From contig CAVTBV010000013.1 of NCBI GenBank assembly GCA_963733095.1, positions 384,001 to 448,000 of the forward strand: a stretch of DNA of 64,000 nucleotides, given 5' to 3'. How positions within the stretch are numbered: position 1 is the stretch's first letter; each line of letters starts with the position of its first letter. The translations under genes and the position numbers were made by a program. This DNA is from Candidatus Bathyarchaeota archaeon (lineage in GTDB: Archaea > Thermoproteota > Bathyarchaeia > Bathyarchaeales > Bathycorpusculaceae). Under the pieces are notes generated by a model. That model worked only from the letters and a program-made list of their open reading frames with translations, was not told the origin of the DNA and searched no databases. This document shows, piece by piece, positions 47,753 to 58,956 of this stretch.

Positions 47753-47864
47753 GTAATGTGTTGAGTTGATAACATGTTTACGCCTGTTTTGGATGCCCAC
47801 TCGATGTCAGCGACAAAAGACAACAAAGCTATTTAGCTATTAAGACACCTCAAAACAAGACAAC

Positions 47865-48027
47865 AATTGCTTGTTTAGGGATACGAGGAATTAAAATTTG
47901 TTGTGTGTCGGAATGGGGTGGTTGTAATTGGCGGGGGTTTGCTGAGGCTCTGGGTTGAAGAGGAAAGGATACAAATGCGTTTGTGGTGAGTAAGTCACCA
48001 TTAGTCTGATCAGAGCCTACTCAGCCC
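47865..48027. repeat. Conserved structured non-coding element, copy 1
   Basis: Homologous to 53568-53723; stem CTGAGGCTCTG / CAGAGCCTACTCAG. Confidence 0.85.
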
Positions 48028-48091
48028 CCAACATATCACCAACACTTTTTTTGACTAAAAAAGGGGGAAGGAAGTTTTGGTTGTAGGTTTT

Positions 48092-50723
48092 TTATGGTCG
48101 CTTTCTAAGCATTGACAGCACAACTAGAGCGAGGACTATGATGACTAGAACAAATAGGCCTGCGATTGCTGGAACAAAGTATTGATCAGCCATAGATGTT
48201 GTTGTAGCTGCTGCTGGCGTAACTGTTGCTGCCGGTTCACTGGCGGTGAAAGCTGTTGAAGCTGATGATGGATAGTAAGATTCTGAACCTTCAAAGTTGG
48301 CGATGACTGTGTAGTCGCCGGCGATGTCTGGTGTCCAAGTTAGACTGTAGGTACCATAAATGTTGCTTGTGGCTGTGCCGATTGATCGGTAGTTGCCGTT
48401 CGAGTCAACGACATTGACAGTTACTGGAACTCCAGTTACGTCGTTTGGCAATGGCTGCTGCATGTAAACATACTCCATCCATGGAGTCATGCTACCGTCA
48501 GACACACAGGGAACACCATTGGGGAAGTTTACTGATTGTGCCAGTTGTTTTGTGCCAGCTGAGAGATCTGTAATTTTTCCACTAATCGTTATCGGTGTAG
48601 CGGTTGTAACTCCCACGGCAGGTGCAGTAACAGTAATAGCGCTTGGTCCTTTGCCATAGGAATACAGTTGATTGTCGTATGCATTGCACGCGGTCATGAT
48701 ACCATCAGCAATAGTTGCACCGTTCGTAACGTCAAAGCCCGTTATTTTCCATATCAACGAACCATCAGTGGTGTTTATTGCCAGTTGCTGTGCTCCGCGG
48801 AATAAGGGTGGACTATATTCATGTCCCTCATTAAGGAACCAAACTCCATCCGCAACAGACCCACCGCTGAAAACCCAAAGTGGCCATACACCATAAGGTG
48901 TATCAGACCCAGCAAGACCATGCACTATGTTAGTACTTGTATACCACAGTTCTTCGCCTGTCAATATATTAATAGCCCAAATGTCTCCTCCAAAGCCCAT
49001 CAAGTAAATTACGCCGTTAGCAAGAACAGATTGGTAACCGCCGATACTGTCATAAGGATCTGGTACAGGATAGTTTCCGTTATCACCGGTAAGTTGCTTT
49101 GGACCCCATACCAACTTTCCTGTATTCAAGCTGTAAGCGTTAAGTACTCCAGTAGCAGATTGAAGATTAACGAAGACGCCATATCCAGCAGTAGTCATAG
49201 ATTCCCTTGTGAATGGTGTTAGCGTCCGGTTAGTTACCCATAACTGAGAGCCGTCGGTTGCACTGTAACCGGCTTCAATTTCGTAGCCAGTATTGAAATA
49301 AGTTGCATTTCCAGCAGTCAAGTAAACTACATCGCTACTAACGGTTCTAATCGAGAGGGTGGTTGGGAAATTGCCGGTTGAGATGCTAGTAAGCTAGTGG
49401 TACTGACCAAACGACGCCACGTTGGAAATCGATTACGCTATCTTGTCGGGGTCTCCAACTCCAACTTGCAGTAGTATCGCCAGGAACGTATTGGCTGGTT
49501 GGATAGAAAATCGCTTGTGTCGAGTTCCACATATTCAGCGTAGGTTTATGGTATGCATTTGCAGTGCTTGAGTTAACATAGTAGCCAATCAAATTGCCAC
49601 TTTCATCTTCTGTAAGTGACATCGAAGTCCCGTTAGCAATTGTGAGAACATAGTCCCCTGTCATAGCGTCATACATATTGTATGAAAGACCAGTAAGAAT
49701 GGTAGTCGATGATAGTGAGGCTCCAAGCGGGTTTCCAGTGCTCCACAAATACGCGATGGATCCATACTGGTTGGGTGTTACCATTTGAAGTAGTTGACCG
49801 CATCTTAAAGTTTCAGTTGAATCGTGGGTCCATAGTGTTTGTCCCGTTCGCAAGTCTACAGCAATCCAACCTACAGGGTTGGTTGAACTTCCAGGGTATA
49901 GTTCGTAATACATTACGCCGTTCATGATTATGGGTGCCCATTTTGGTTCGTATTGTGAAGTTGAATAGTAGTTGCTTGTGTCTGTTCCGCCAAATTCTCC
50001 TCCAACTAAGCCTCCGAATGCTACAGGCTTTGTCCATAAAATATGGGCGGTCTTTGGCGCTGAAGTGTATGGATTATAGTCTCCGGTTAGGTTGTATCTT
50101 CCGGTGTTGGCGAAACTATGTGCAGCTAGTCCAAGCCAATTTCCAGTAAGTGTCGACCATAAACCGTTTCCAGATTGTACCGGTCGTGTCCAGAAAGTTG
50201 TTGGAAGCGGAACGGTTGGAATGGCGGGTATTGCTTCTTCTTGAACTAGAAGTGTTGCAGGTTCGCTAGTGGATGGTTCAAAATAATCGCCAATGTACTC
50301 GTTATTTGGGCTTGCTCTATTTGCGCCTGCTAATGTTTCTCCTGGAAAGTCAAATACGAAAATGTAGTTACCTAGTTTGGTGGGTGTATAGGCTGTCCAG
50401 GTTCCTCCTGTATCGTCGGATGTAAATGGTCCTAGCGTTTCAGTTGTTCCATCAGGATGTGTTACTGTCACTTTGAAATTGTGCCATCTGTCTCCGAGTG
50501 CTCCTGCAGCTGTTGGTGGAGGTATTTGAATCCAGAATCCAACTGTTGCTGTTTGACCAAGACCGCAGGGGTTCGGTGCAACGTTACAGTAGGCATAAGT
50601 TGGAATGTTATATGCCGGCGTATGTGCGTTAGCATTTGGTAACATAAGCGTTGAAGTTCCCATTGAAATTGTCAAAAGTGTTGCAATCAAAATAGCCATA
50701 GTTTTATTTTTTAGTTTTTGCAT
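48092..50723 (-). pseudogene. PQQ-repeat beta-propeller cell-surface protein, single +1 frameshift
   Basis: Track ORFs 49386..50723 and 48092..49321 join as VPLA/TSISTGNF... if one T near 49391 is removed; paralog of 53784..56318. Confidence 0.85.
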
Positions 50724-50881
50724 TTTGTTTTTCTTTATCTTTCTTTTATTTTAATACACATAAAGTGTATGCAGCATGTATTCATCTTGAATTGCTTAAG
50801 AAATAGTGTAACCGCAAATTGTTGATGCAAAAAATTCTTATAGAAACGGGGAGAATTTAATACAGTGGGAAGGGTACACAC

Positions 50882-51751
50882 GTGTTTTTTGAAGATGAAG
50901 AAGCACTCATCCTGACCAAGCTTGGATTCACTCAAACTCAGACAAAACTGTATTTGACTCTTCTCAAAATGGGAAATGCAAATGGTAGAACACTCGCAGA
51001 ACATGCAAAAGTGCCCAGATCAATTGTCTACAGGGCACTCGATGAACTGCAAAAGAAAGGATTAGTTGAGAAAGAAATTGCACAACCTTACATTTTTAGG
51101 GCAATTTCAATTCAAAACGGACTACAAATGCTATTAGATCAAAAATTTGAGGAATGTAAAAAAATCCGAAAAGAAACAGGTAAGCTTCTTCGGAAAACAA
51201 AAAACAACCAAGACATGCCACTATCTGACCGACAATATGAGTTCTTAATGATTGACCGAAAAGAAAGGATAATCCAGAGAATGAGACACCAACACGAAAA
51301 TGCAAAACAACGCGTGGACGTTCTTTCTACCCTGCAGAGATGGTTGCAAATTCTTAATGAGTGTTTGCATGACTATGAAAACGCGATTTCGAGAGGCGTC
51401 CGGTATAGGGTAGTTTTAGATAGTTGTAAACAAGACATTGGGCGCCATAAGAATATTCGGGATCTGCTTTCAAATCCAAACGTTTGCCTCAGGTTGAGTA
51501 CCTGCTCACTGAGCGTCAACGCTGCCATCTTTGATGATAAAGAAGGCAGTTTCTGTTTTTATCCCTCAAAGCCTTTGTCAGAGTCCCCTATTATTTGGAC
51601 GAATCATCCTAGCTTCTTGGCGATGTTTCAAAGTCACTTTGAGAATATTTGGGAGTCAGCACAGTGTGCCACTGGAATAACAAAAAGTATAATTCAGCCT
51701 GCCAATTTAAGACAAAATGCGATCAAAACTGAGCAACCTGAATTGAAGTAA
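50882..51751 (+). CDS. TrmB-family transcription regulator
   Basis: LGFTQTQTKLYLTLL...VYRALDELQKKGLV; WTNHPSF...FENIW. Confidence 0.88.
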   Translation: MFFEDEEALILTKLGFTQTQTKLYLTLLKMGNANGRTLAEHAKVPRSIVYRALDELQKKGLVEKEIAQPYIFRAISIQNGLQMLLDQKFEECKKIRKETGKLLRKTKNNQDMPLSDRQYEFLMIDRKERIIQRMRHQHENAKQRVDVLSTLQRWLQILNECLHDYENAISRGVRYRVVLDSCKQDIGRHKNIRDLLSNPNVCLRLSTCSLSVNAAIFDDKEGSFCFYPSKPLSESPIIWTNHPSFLAMFQSHFENIWESAQCATGITKSIIQPANLRQNAIKTEQPELK

Positions 51752-52002
51752 ATCAGTTTGGCGTGCATGAATTCGAATGCTTTAATGACAATAGCTACAA
51801 TCATAACGCGCTCAGCTGGCAAAATAATGAATGCAAAAGCCACGACGTATAGAATGCCTATGGCGAAAAATCTTACAACTAAGTTGAACCAAGCTGTTTC
51901 GGGAATGAATGTTGGATAGAAAATTGAAATCAGGGTCAAAATTATGGCAGGCACTAAGGGGAACAACCCAGTAATAATTAGAGCCATCGATACTTTGCCC
52001 AT
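51694..52002 (-). CDS. Small membrane protein
   Basis: Hydrophobic 102-aa ORF with its own TATA-like sequence. Confidence 0.45.
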   Translation of the reverse strand: MGKVSMALIITGLFPLVPAIILTLISIFYPTFIPETAWFNLVVRFFAIGILYVVAFAFIILPAERVMIVAIVIKAFEFMHAKLIYFNSGCSVLIAFCLKLAG

Positions 52003-52320
52003 AGGTACACAGTTATTTTAAAATCATTTATGCCTTTTCACTCGCTCTTAAACAGAACTTCTTCAACCCGTTCAAGCCTGTCGTCCTTTATCGAAAATAA
52101 CGGCATATTAGTAAATGGGCTCTATTTTTTTAAAAAACTTGGCATTCACATTTTTAGAAACATTGTTATACGCCAGACCAACAAGAAATTGCTGCTCAAA
52201 CTGCCCCCTTTCAGGTCATTGAGTTCGCCAAAAGAATGTTAATAGCGTTTCAACTTTTGTTAACCCTTAAATATGCTTTGAAATATACCCTGTGATATTC
52301 ACCTTAAGGTATTGTAAATA

Positions 52321-52530
52321 ATGAAAATAACTAAAGAAGTAATCGCATGCCTAATTATTGGTGCAATCTTGGTGTTCTTTGGAACATCGGTTAAAAGTTA
52401 CGTCTTTGAAGCATTAGCTATTGTTGTTATAGCTTTCGGCGTCATTCTAGCGGTTTTCTGGGATGACATCTTCAAGACCGACAAGAAAACACAAGAAAAG
52501 AGAGAGAATGAAAATGGAATCGTTGTATAA
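52321..52530 (+). CDS. Small two-TM protein
   Basis: 69 aa; overlaps the SPFH start. Confidence 0.55.
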   Translation: MKITKEVIACLIIGAILVFFGTSVKSYVFEALAIVVIAFGVILAVFWDDIFKTDKKTQEKRENENGIVV

Positions 52531-53398
52531 AAAATTCGTTGCTGTAGCAATTATCGTTATGATATCAATAGTTTCAGTGGCAGTATTAACAAATGCATAC
52601 CAAACAGTACCAACCGGATACCAAGGCGTTGTACTTGCATGGGGTAATCCAGTTCGGACTGTAAGTTCAGGGCTAAATTTGATAACTCCAATCGCTGAAA
52701 ATATTGCTTTAGTGAACACTCAAATACAAAAAGCCACAGCCCAAGAGTCAGCCGCGTCTTCAGACCTACAGGAAGTATCAACATCAGTTACAGTTAACTA
52801 TCAGCTAGATGCAGCTTACGCTAAAGAAATCTACACCAATCTCCGTGACCAATATGAAACCAGAGTAATTCTTCCTGCGATGCAAGATGCCTTAAAAGCT
52901 TCAACAGCAAAGTTTCAAGCAAGCGAATTAATTACACAGCGAGAAGCAGCTAAAACCGCCTTTCTAACTCTGTTACAAGATAAACTAACTCAATATCACA
53001 TAACTATAGTCTCAGTTTCTATCACTGACTTCCAATTTTCAGAATCATTTAAAGTTGCCATTGAAGCAAAAGTTACAGCTGAACAAAACGCTCTTGCAGC
53101 AAAGAATAAACTTGAGCAAATAGGCTATGAAGCTCAACAGCAAGTCATCCAAGCAACCGCAAATGCCACAGCAATAGTAACCACAGCTAATGCTAACGCA
53201 AATGCAACAATAATAGCAGCAAACGCAACGGCTCAAGCAGTGCAAATAATTCAGGTGCAACTTACACCGGAGTATATAGCGTACCTTTATGCAATCGGCT
53301 GGGATGGAAAACTTCCAATCTACTGGTCTTCAGGGAATAGCACAGCTCCCTTCTTGCTATTGCCAACAGAACAAGCAATCAACACCACAACCCCATAG
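52514..53398 (+). CDS. SPFH/Band-7 (prohibitin-like) protein
   Basis: VPTGYQGVV, SSDLQEV, FKVAIEAKVTAEQ and WDGKLP motifs. Confidence 0.92.
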   Translation: MESLYKKFVAVAIIVMISIVSVAVLTNAYQTVPTGYQGVVLAWGNPVRTVSSGLNLITPIAENIALVNTQIQKATAQESAASSDLQEVSTSVTVNYQLDAAYAKEIYTNLRDQYETRVILPAMQDALKASTAKFQASELITQREAAKTAFLTLLQDKLTQYHITIVSVSITDFQFSESFKVAIEAKVTAEQNALAAKNKLEQIGYEAQQQVIQATANATAIVTTANANANATIIAANATAQAVQIIQVQLTPEYIAYLYAIGWDGKLPIYWSSGNSTAPFLLLPTEQAINTTTP

Positions 53399-53567
53399 TA
53401 TAACAAAGCCGTGAAGAGAAATATCGAACTCTACATGCAGAAAAAACCCCTCATCACTGATGGCACAGTAGGAAAGAAACCGTTTTTCAAACGAAAACAA
53501 CATGGGAAATCATGAAACCAAGTTCAAAGCAAAAGTCACTAGAGATTGCCCTCGCTACTGAAACGAT

Positions 53568-53723
53568 AATAACTTGTTAAGGGATACAAGGAAATAAAAT
53601 TTGCTGTGTGTCGAATGAAATGGTTGCAATGGGCGGGAGGTTTACTGAGGCTCTGGGCAGGGATTTTAAAGAGGAGCAAGTGCGTATCCCTAGATTAACT
53701 CATAACCAGAGCCTACTCAGCCC
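53568..53723. repeat. Conserved structured non-coding element, copy 2
   Basis: Homologous to 47865-48027. Confidence 0.85.
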
Positions 53724-53783
53724 GTTTCTTCTCCGATACTTAAAGACAAAAAAAGGGGAAAAGATTTTTGTTGCGATTTTATC

Positions 53784-56318
53784 CTATGATCTTTTCCTTA
53801 GCAGCAATAGTGCTAAGACTGCTCCGATTACGGCGAGTGCAACGAACAAGCCAACAATTGCAGGAACAAAATATTGATCAGCAACAGATTTCTCAGCGAT
53901 TGGCGATGGAGTTGCTGTTGGTGCGGCTGGGTCAACAACGAACGCTGCTACTGCGTGCGATGGGTAGTAGGATTGAGAACCAGCGAAGGAAGCGTAAACA
54001 GTATATTTGCCTTCGATGTCTGGAGTCCAGGTGAAACTAAAGAACCCGTCAGCATCACTTGTGGTTTGTCCAATGTCTCTATAGTTTCCGTTTGAATCCA
54101 TAACACTTATTGTAACTGGAACACCGGTTGCATTTGTTGGGCGGGGTAACTGCTTATATACATATACCATCCAGTCGCTCATGCTTGCATCAGATACTGC
54201 TGGAACACCGTTTGGAAAACGTGCTGTCAAAGCGTATTTTTCTGTGCCCGGCGATATGTCAGTTACTGTACCTTGAACCAGCACACTGCTGCCAAACGTT
54301 GAGACTGCGGGTAATGCTTCAACCTTTGTTTCACTCGGGCCTTTACCTACTGCGAATATAAGCACGTCATATGTGTCGATTTTTACAAGCGTACTATCTC
54401 CTATTAAACCTCGTCCGCCCCAGTCAGAACCTCGCATTAGCCCGTTTACTCTCCAGATGACCTCGCCCGTTGTTGCATTAAGACAGACGTACGGTGCACC
54501 TCTTGGCAATGGTTGGTTGTCGGAGTGCGCACTGGTTCGTATGTAGATTTTTCCATCAGCTATGAAATCAATTCGGGCGATCCAGTTGTCACTCCATAAA
54601 ATTTCATCCAGAGGATCAGTCATGGCATAAGCCCATAGTTTTTCTCCGGTCTTTGCATCATAGCAATCAATTATGCCCTTTGTCCCGTGAGTGTAGACTT
54701 TTCCGTCAGCGATAATGGTCCAAGTTTCTAGATAGCTTAAGTAAAACTCTGGCTCAGTTGAAGCCCACATAAATTCTCCGGTGTCAAGGTCGTATGTACG
54801 CAAGGTGCCAAGATCTTTCATGTAGATAACAAAGACTCTGTCTTTGACACCGACACGTGAGTAGCCAAAAGTTACGTTGCCAGCTGGTGCGTCATAGGTT
54901 TTATTGTACAGAAGTTGCCCTTGGTGTCCCAGTTTTAGGTCGATCGCCCAGATTGTGAACGGGGGATTGTTGATGTTTTCAGGGCTGGCTCTGAAGTAGC
55001 CGATTACAATGTCTTCTGCAACATAATAGCTAGGTGATCCCGGCAAGCCCGTGGGTATCGATACGTTCGCTTGGTAGCCGTTTAAGCCTAAAGGTGTTGA
55101 ATATGTCGTTGCTGTCGGTCCAGTTGCGTTGATAGTCTTTCCCTGTGGTCGCCATGAGCCCCAGTTGGGACTGTTTGGGTTTGTACCCCAATAGCAGTCA
55201 ATGACTGCTGAGGAGTTCCATACCAGCATATAGCCCCTTGTTTGATCGAGTACATATTTCATGATTTCTCCGTTTGGACCGAGTGTTGAGCTTGCGCTTG
55301 GTACGTTGGTCATTGTGAATAGCCAGCGTCCATCGGCAGGGTCAAATGCATACCATGTTGATCCAGAAGTGCCCCATAAGTATGTGAAAGCGCCCTGAAC
55401 GTTGAATGAGGTGAATTTCATTACTTGCCCAAATGATAGCGTTACATTGGTTCCGTCAGGTGCCCTTAGTGTTCTTGACCACAACTGTTCGCCTGTATGT
55501 ACGTCAACCGCAACTACATAGTTCTCGACAGAACTACCGCCGATAGTGTTGAATTTATTGTAATAAAGTATTCCGTTGACGATCACCGATCCAGAGAATT
55601 TGCCTTCGTAGGCATCGCCACCAAAGACCGAGTAGTCATAGTCTCCTGTAAGTCCTCCGTATTCTATGGGTTTAGACCACAGAACGTGTGCACTTTCTGG
55701 TGCATAATCGTTGTTTTCAACCACTGCACCAGCTAAGTTGTCTCCAAATTGGCCAATACCTAGCCAGTTTCCACCGATTACTTTCCATTCTCTAGCTTGT
55801 GCATCGATGGGGCGAGTCCAGTATTCTGTTGGCAATGGTATTGCAGGGTATTGATCAATTGGCGCATCGGTTACTGTGAGGTTAAGTATTTGGCTGTCAG
55901 CTGCCTCATAGTAAAGTTGATATTCTGTTCGACCAATGCTGTAGTTGTACCATTGTGCGGGAAAGTGCGTCTGTATTTGGTATGTGCCTGCAACATCTGG
56001 TACAAATGTTGTGCCCGTACCGCCCGTTGCATCTGTTCTAAAAGGCCCCAAGGTTTGCATCGTACCATCGGGTTTGATTATTATAGCTGTTATCCCTGTC
56101 CAGCCATCTTGTGTTATCCGCAGAGGTTGTGTGATGCCCAAATGGAGAAGGGTTTCTTGACCAACTCCTACAGGGTTTGGTGTCGAGCCGATGAAAGCAT
56201 ATGCTTTGATTTTGCCGGTAACTTGGCTGTCGGCAAGTGGTAAGGTAGCGGCAAGAGATATTGATATTGACAACATTAGAAACAAAGCAAGCAAAATCGT
56301 AGTTTTATGTTTAGACAT
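53784..56318 (-). CDS. PQQ-repeat beta-propeller cell-surface protein
   Basis: Signal peptide, PNPVGVGQ, YWTRPI, DAKTGEKLW repeats, GKGPS, C-terminal TM-RKR. Confidence 0.9.
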   Translation of the reverse strand: MSKHKTTILLALFLMLSISISLAATLPLADSQVTGKIKAYAFIGSTPNPVGVGQETLLHLGITQPLRITQDGWTGITAIIIKPDGTMQTLGPFRTDATGGTGTTFVPDVAGTYQIQTHFPAQWYNYSIGRTEYQLYYEAADSQILNLTVTDAPIDQYPAIPLPTEYWTRPIDAQAREWKVIGGNWLGIGQFGDNLAGAVVENNDYAPESAHVLWSKPIEYGGLTGDYDYSVFGGDAYEGKFSGSVIVNGILYYNKFNTIGGSSVENYVVAVDVHTGEQLWSRTLRAPDGTNVTLSFGQVMKFTSFNVQGAFTYLWGTSGSTWYAFDPADGRWLFTMTNVPSASSTLGPNGEIMKYVLDQTRGYMLVWNSSAVIDCYWGTNPNSPNWGSWRPQGKTINATGPTATTYSTPLGLNGYQANVSIPTGLPGSPSYYVAEDIVIGYFRASPENINNPPFTIWAIDLKLGHQGQLLYNKTYDAPAGNVTFGYSRVGVKDRVFVIYMKDLGTLRTYDLDTGEFMWASTEPEFYLSYLETWTIIADGKVYTHGTKGIIDCYDAKTGEKLWAYAMTDPLDEILWSDNWIARIDFIADGKIYIRTSAHSDNQPLPRGAPYVCLNATTGEVIWRVNGLMRGSDWGGRGLIGDSTLVKIDTYDVLIFAVGKGPSETKVEALPAVSTFGSSVLVQGTVTDISPGTEKYALTARFPNGVPAVSDASMSDWMVYVYKQLPRPTNATGVPVTISVMDSNGNYRDIGQTTSDADGFFSFTWTPDIEGKYTVYASFAGSQSYYPSHAVAAFVVDPAAPTATPSPIAEKSVADQYFVPAIVGLFVALAVIGAVLALLLLRKRS

Positions 56319-57084
56319 TTTTCTTTTTTCTTCCCCTAAACTTATAATTGAACAGAAACAAATTTTTCCAAAAAATTGTTTTTGTTCAATGGTCTTTGTT
56401 TTGTTAGGATATAATTTATAAAGTTAATTGGAAAGTGGGTACTGACGTCGAAAATGAATTATAAATTGATAAGAATAGGCGTAATTATAACAAAATTATG
56501 GCATAAATAGATAAAGCCAGATATAAACATTCGTTAACAAAACTGGGCTTTAAAGGTCTGAGAAATTTCGGTTTTAGATTTCTAAGACAGCAAAAGCTTA
56601 TTTTCTGATAAAAACAATAAAGCATTCGTTGTCTTGTTTTGTGGTGTCTTAAGAGCTTACACTCTTTGTATTGTCTTATTGGTGTAAATCGAAAGTCAGT
56701 CAAGCTGCCCTAGACGCTAAAAATGTTTGAAGATCTCAAGGAAATAATTCTTTTTACTATGCATTTCATGACACATTCTAATTAATTTATGGTAAAAAGT
56801 GTTAATGGAAAAATTATTTAAACGTGTAAACAGCCTATTTAACCATACTTTTGCGAAGAAATATGTTACAAAAGTGTTGTAAAAGGGTAAAACCGAACAA
56901 ACGGCACTTTTTCAATGAAAACCTATGGAGAAAACCCGTATAATTATTGAATTTCTTGATAATTCCTAAAAAGAGATTGTGTTCCAACACAACAGTGTGT
57001 TCCTTAAATGGAACAGATTGTTCCACGAGTAGAGCTAAAAGGCACTTTTGGTCCCTAAATAGATAAAGGAGTTTTGAGAAAACC

Positions 57085-57645
57085 ATGCGTCCGCTAGCAG
57101 GCAAGAAATTCACAATAATACTTATTATCGCACTTACCTTAATGACTTCAGTAACTGTAACATTACTTAGTAAAAACGAGTTCCTGACGAAAACTAATGC
57201 TGAATTACTAAGGACAAATAATGAATTACAAGAGAAGTACGGTAGCTCTTATGAGAATTTATTAATACAATTACAAAATGTATCTTCCGAGTTAGAGAAT
57301 GTTAGAAGAAATTATACTCAGTTATTGAAATTTTTTGGAGCAGATTCGGAGCCTAAAATACAAACCCTGCTTGGAACAACTTTAATAGAACCATACCAAA
57401 ATAAAGACGAAAACTATCTTTGGGTAACAGGAAAAGTTGAGAACACAGAAAACGTTACAGTTTATGACGTGCGATTGAAGTTTACGATTTTTACAAACAA
57501 TGGAGTCGATGTCAAAGAGGACCTTATTGGAACCCTGCAACCCTATCAAGTGGTTGATAGACGTTTCTCAGTCTTAACCTCTATGGGGAAGATAACAAAT
57601 TGGTCGATTGAAACAGAAGCAACTTTCATTCCGACCGATTACTAG
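57085..57645 (+). CDS. Membrane-anchored coiled-coil plus FxLYD-like domain protein
   Basis: N-terminal TM, coiled coil, VTGKVEN...IGTLQP. Confidence 0.65.
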   Translation: MRPLAGKKFTIILIIALTLMTSVTVTLLSKNEFLTKTNAELLRTNNELQEKYGSSYENLLIQLQNVSSELENVRRNYTQLLKFFGADSEPKIQTLLGTTLIEPYQNKDENYLWVTGKVENTENVTVYDVRLKFTIFTNNGVDVKEDLIGTLQPYQVVDRRFSVLTSMGKITNWSIETEATFIPTDY

Positions 57646-58170
57646 CTTCTATTGATCAGACGTGATATAGAAACGATTCAAAACTAAGTTTTAACCTACA
57701 AAGACCACCAATATTTTTTTGTGCATTAAAATTTAATAATCCCGATTTGACTACGGATACCTGCCCTGTCTGAAAATAAGCTGAAAAGGCAGGGCATTGT
57801 TTCTGCTCCCAATAATTGAGTTTGAGTTCCCCTAAAGAGGGACATCGTGAAGTCTTACTCTGAGAATTTATCTTTAAGAAGATATTTTGACGGACCCGCA
57901 CTCGTTAACGTGATGAGACATTCGAGAGGGTTAAAGGTGGTAGCGCATCACTTATTTTTTTAAGGCTGGTCCGCTAAAACTTTCTTGCATTTGCATTTTA
58001 ATAACTTTTTTTGCAATAAATAACTTTGTAACTGGATGAGTGCAGTGACAAAAATGTTCATTTTCACCTTAATTCATAAATTCATTTTAAGGCAATTCAA
58101 GGCTTCAATTATCAAAGCATGGCCCAGTCTAATTATTTTGAATCATTTTGAAGTATTTCAATTTCTTCGG

Positions 58171-58956
58171 CTATTCTTCAGCTTTTTCCCAATCGGATTC
58201 AAAGCTTGTTCTCAACACACCGATAAGGTTCCCGTTGTTTGTCCACAAAGAGGGGCTTTGACCCAATCCGCTTTCTTTGGAAGTTGTAATCAAAGCTTCT
58301 TTATCATCAGACATTATGAAGTGATTCAAAGGTTCACGATGAAACTTTACTTGAACTGAAGCGCCATCGATGAGTTTTTGCACTTTTTCCATGAGCAACT
58401 CGTCCGGATCTTCTCCTTCAAAAATTAGTCGAATCTGAGCCCCTTTCTTTATCGCCTGCTTGCATTCATCTGAAAACTGAGACATAGTCGGTATGATTCT
58501 TGCCTTGTCTGCAATCAGAGCGACTTCTTTTGCTGAGTTTCTAATCAGTCCCGAAGTCTTCGCCAAAATAGCTTTTTTTTCTGCTATCAGTATGAAAATA
58601 CTTTCCTCATTAGAAAGCGGTGGTTTCCAATCCTTAAGCGATAGTCTTTCAACTATACCTTTCATACCCTTCAAACGTTCATCAGATTTGCCTTCTTCTT
58701 CTGACACAAGGAAACTTAAGGCATCCGATATAGGCGTCGCTCGAATCTCTGTTGGTTTACCTAGCAGTTTTTCGATCAAACCCATATGCTCAAGAGCTGG
58801 CAGAATCCTGTAGACATCCTCTCGGTACACTTTCGAAAACTTCGATATTTGCCCAAAAGTGGTTTTTTCGAGTCTAAGTATAGCTAAGTAAACCTTTGCC
58901 TGATTGAGAGTCAAACCTAAACCAAGAAGCAAGTCCATATTTTCGTCGTTGGACAA
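58171..58956 (-). CDS. TrmB-family transcription regulator
   Basis: LGLTLNQAKVYLA...REDVYRILPALEHMGLIEK; SLWTNN...FESDW. Confidence 0.88.
   Translation of the reverse strand: MSNDENMDLLLGLGLTLNQAKVYLAILRLEKTTFGQISKFSKVYREDVYRILPALEHMGLIEKLLGKPTEIRATPISDALSFLVSEEEGKSDERLKGMKGIVERLSLKDWKPPLSNEESIFILIAEKKAILAKTSGLIRNSAKEVALIADKARIIPTMSQFSDECKQAIKKGAQIRLIFEGEDPDELLMEKVQKLIDGASVQVKFHREPLNHFIMSDDKEALITTSKESGLGQSPSLWTNNGNLIGVLRTSFESDWEKAEE

Noticed and set aside
47942-48027. Hammerhead, K-turn or SECIS reading of the conserved hairpin
   Set aside because: It lacks the CUGANGA/GAAA core and tandem G-A pairs, and there is no in-frame UGA selenoprotein nearby.
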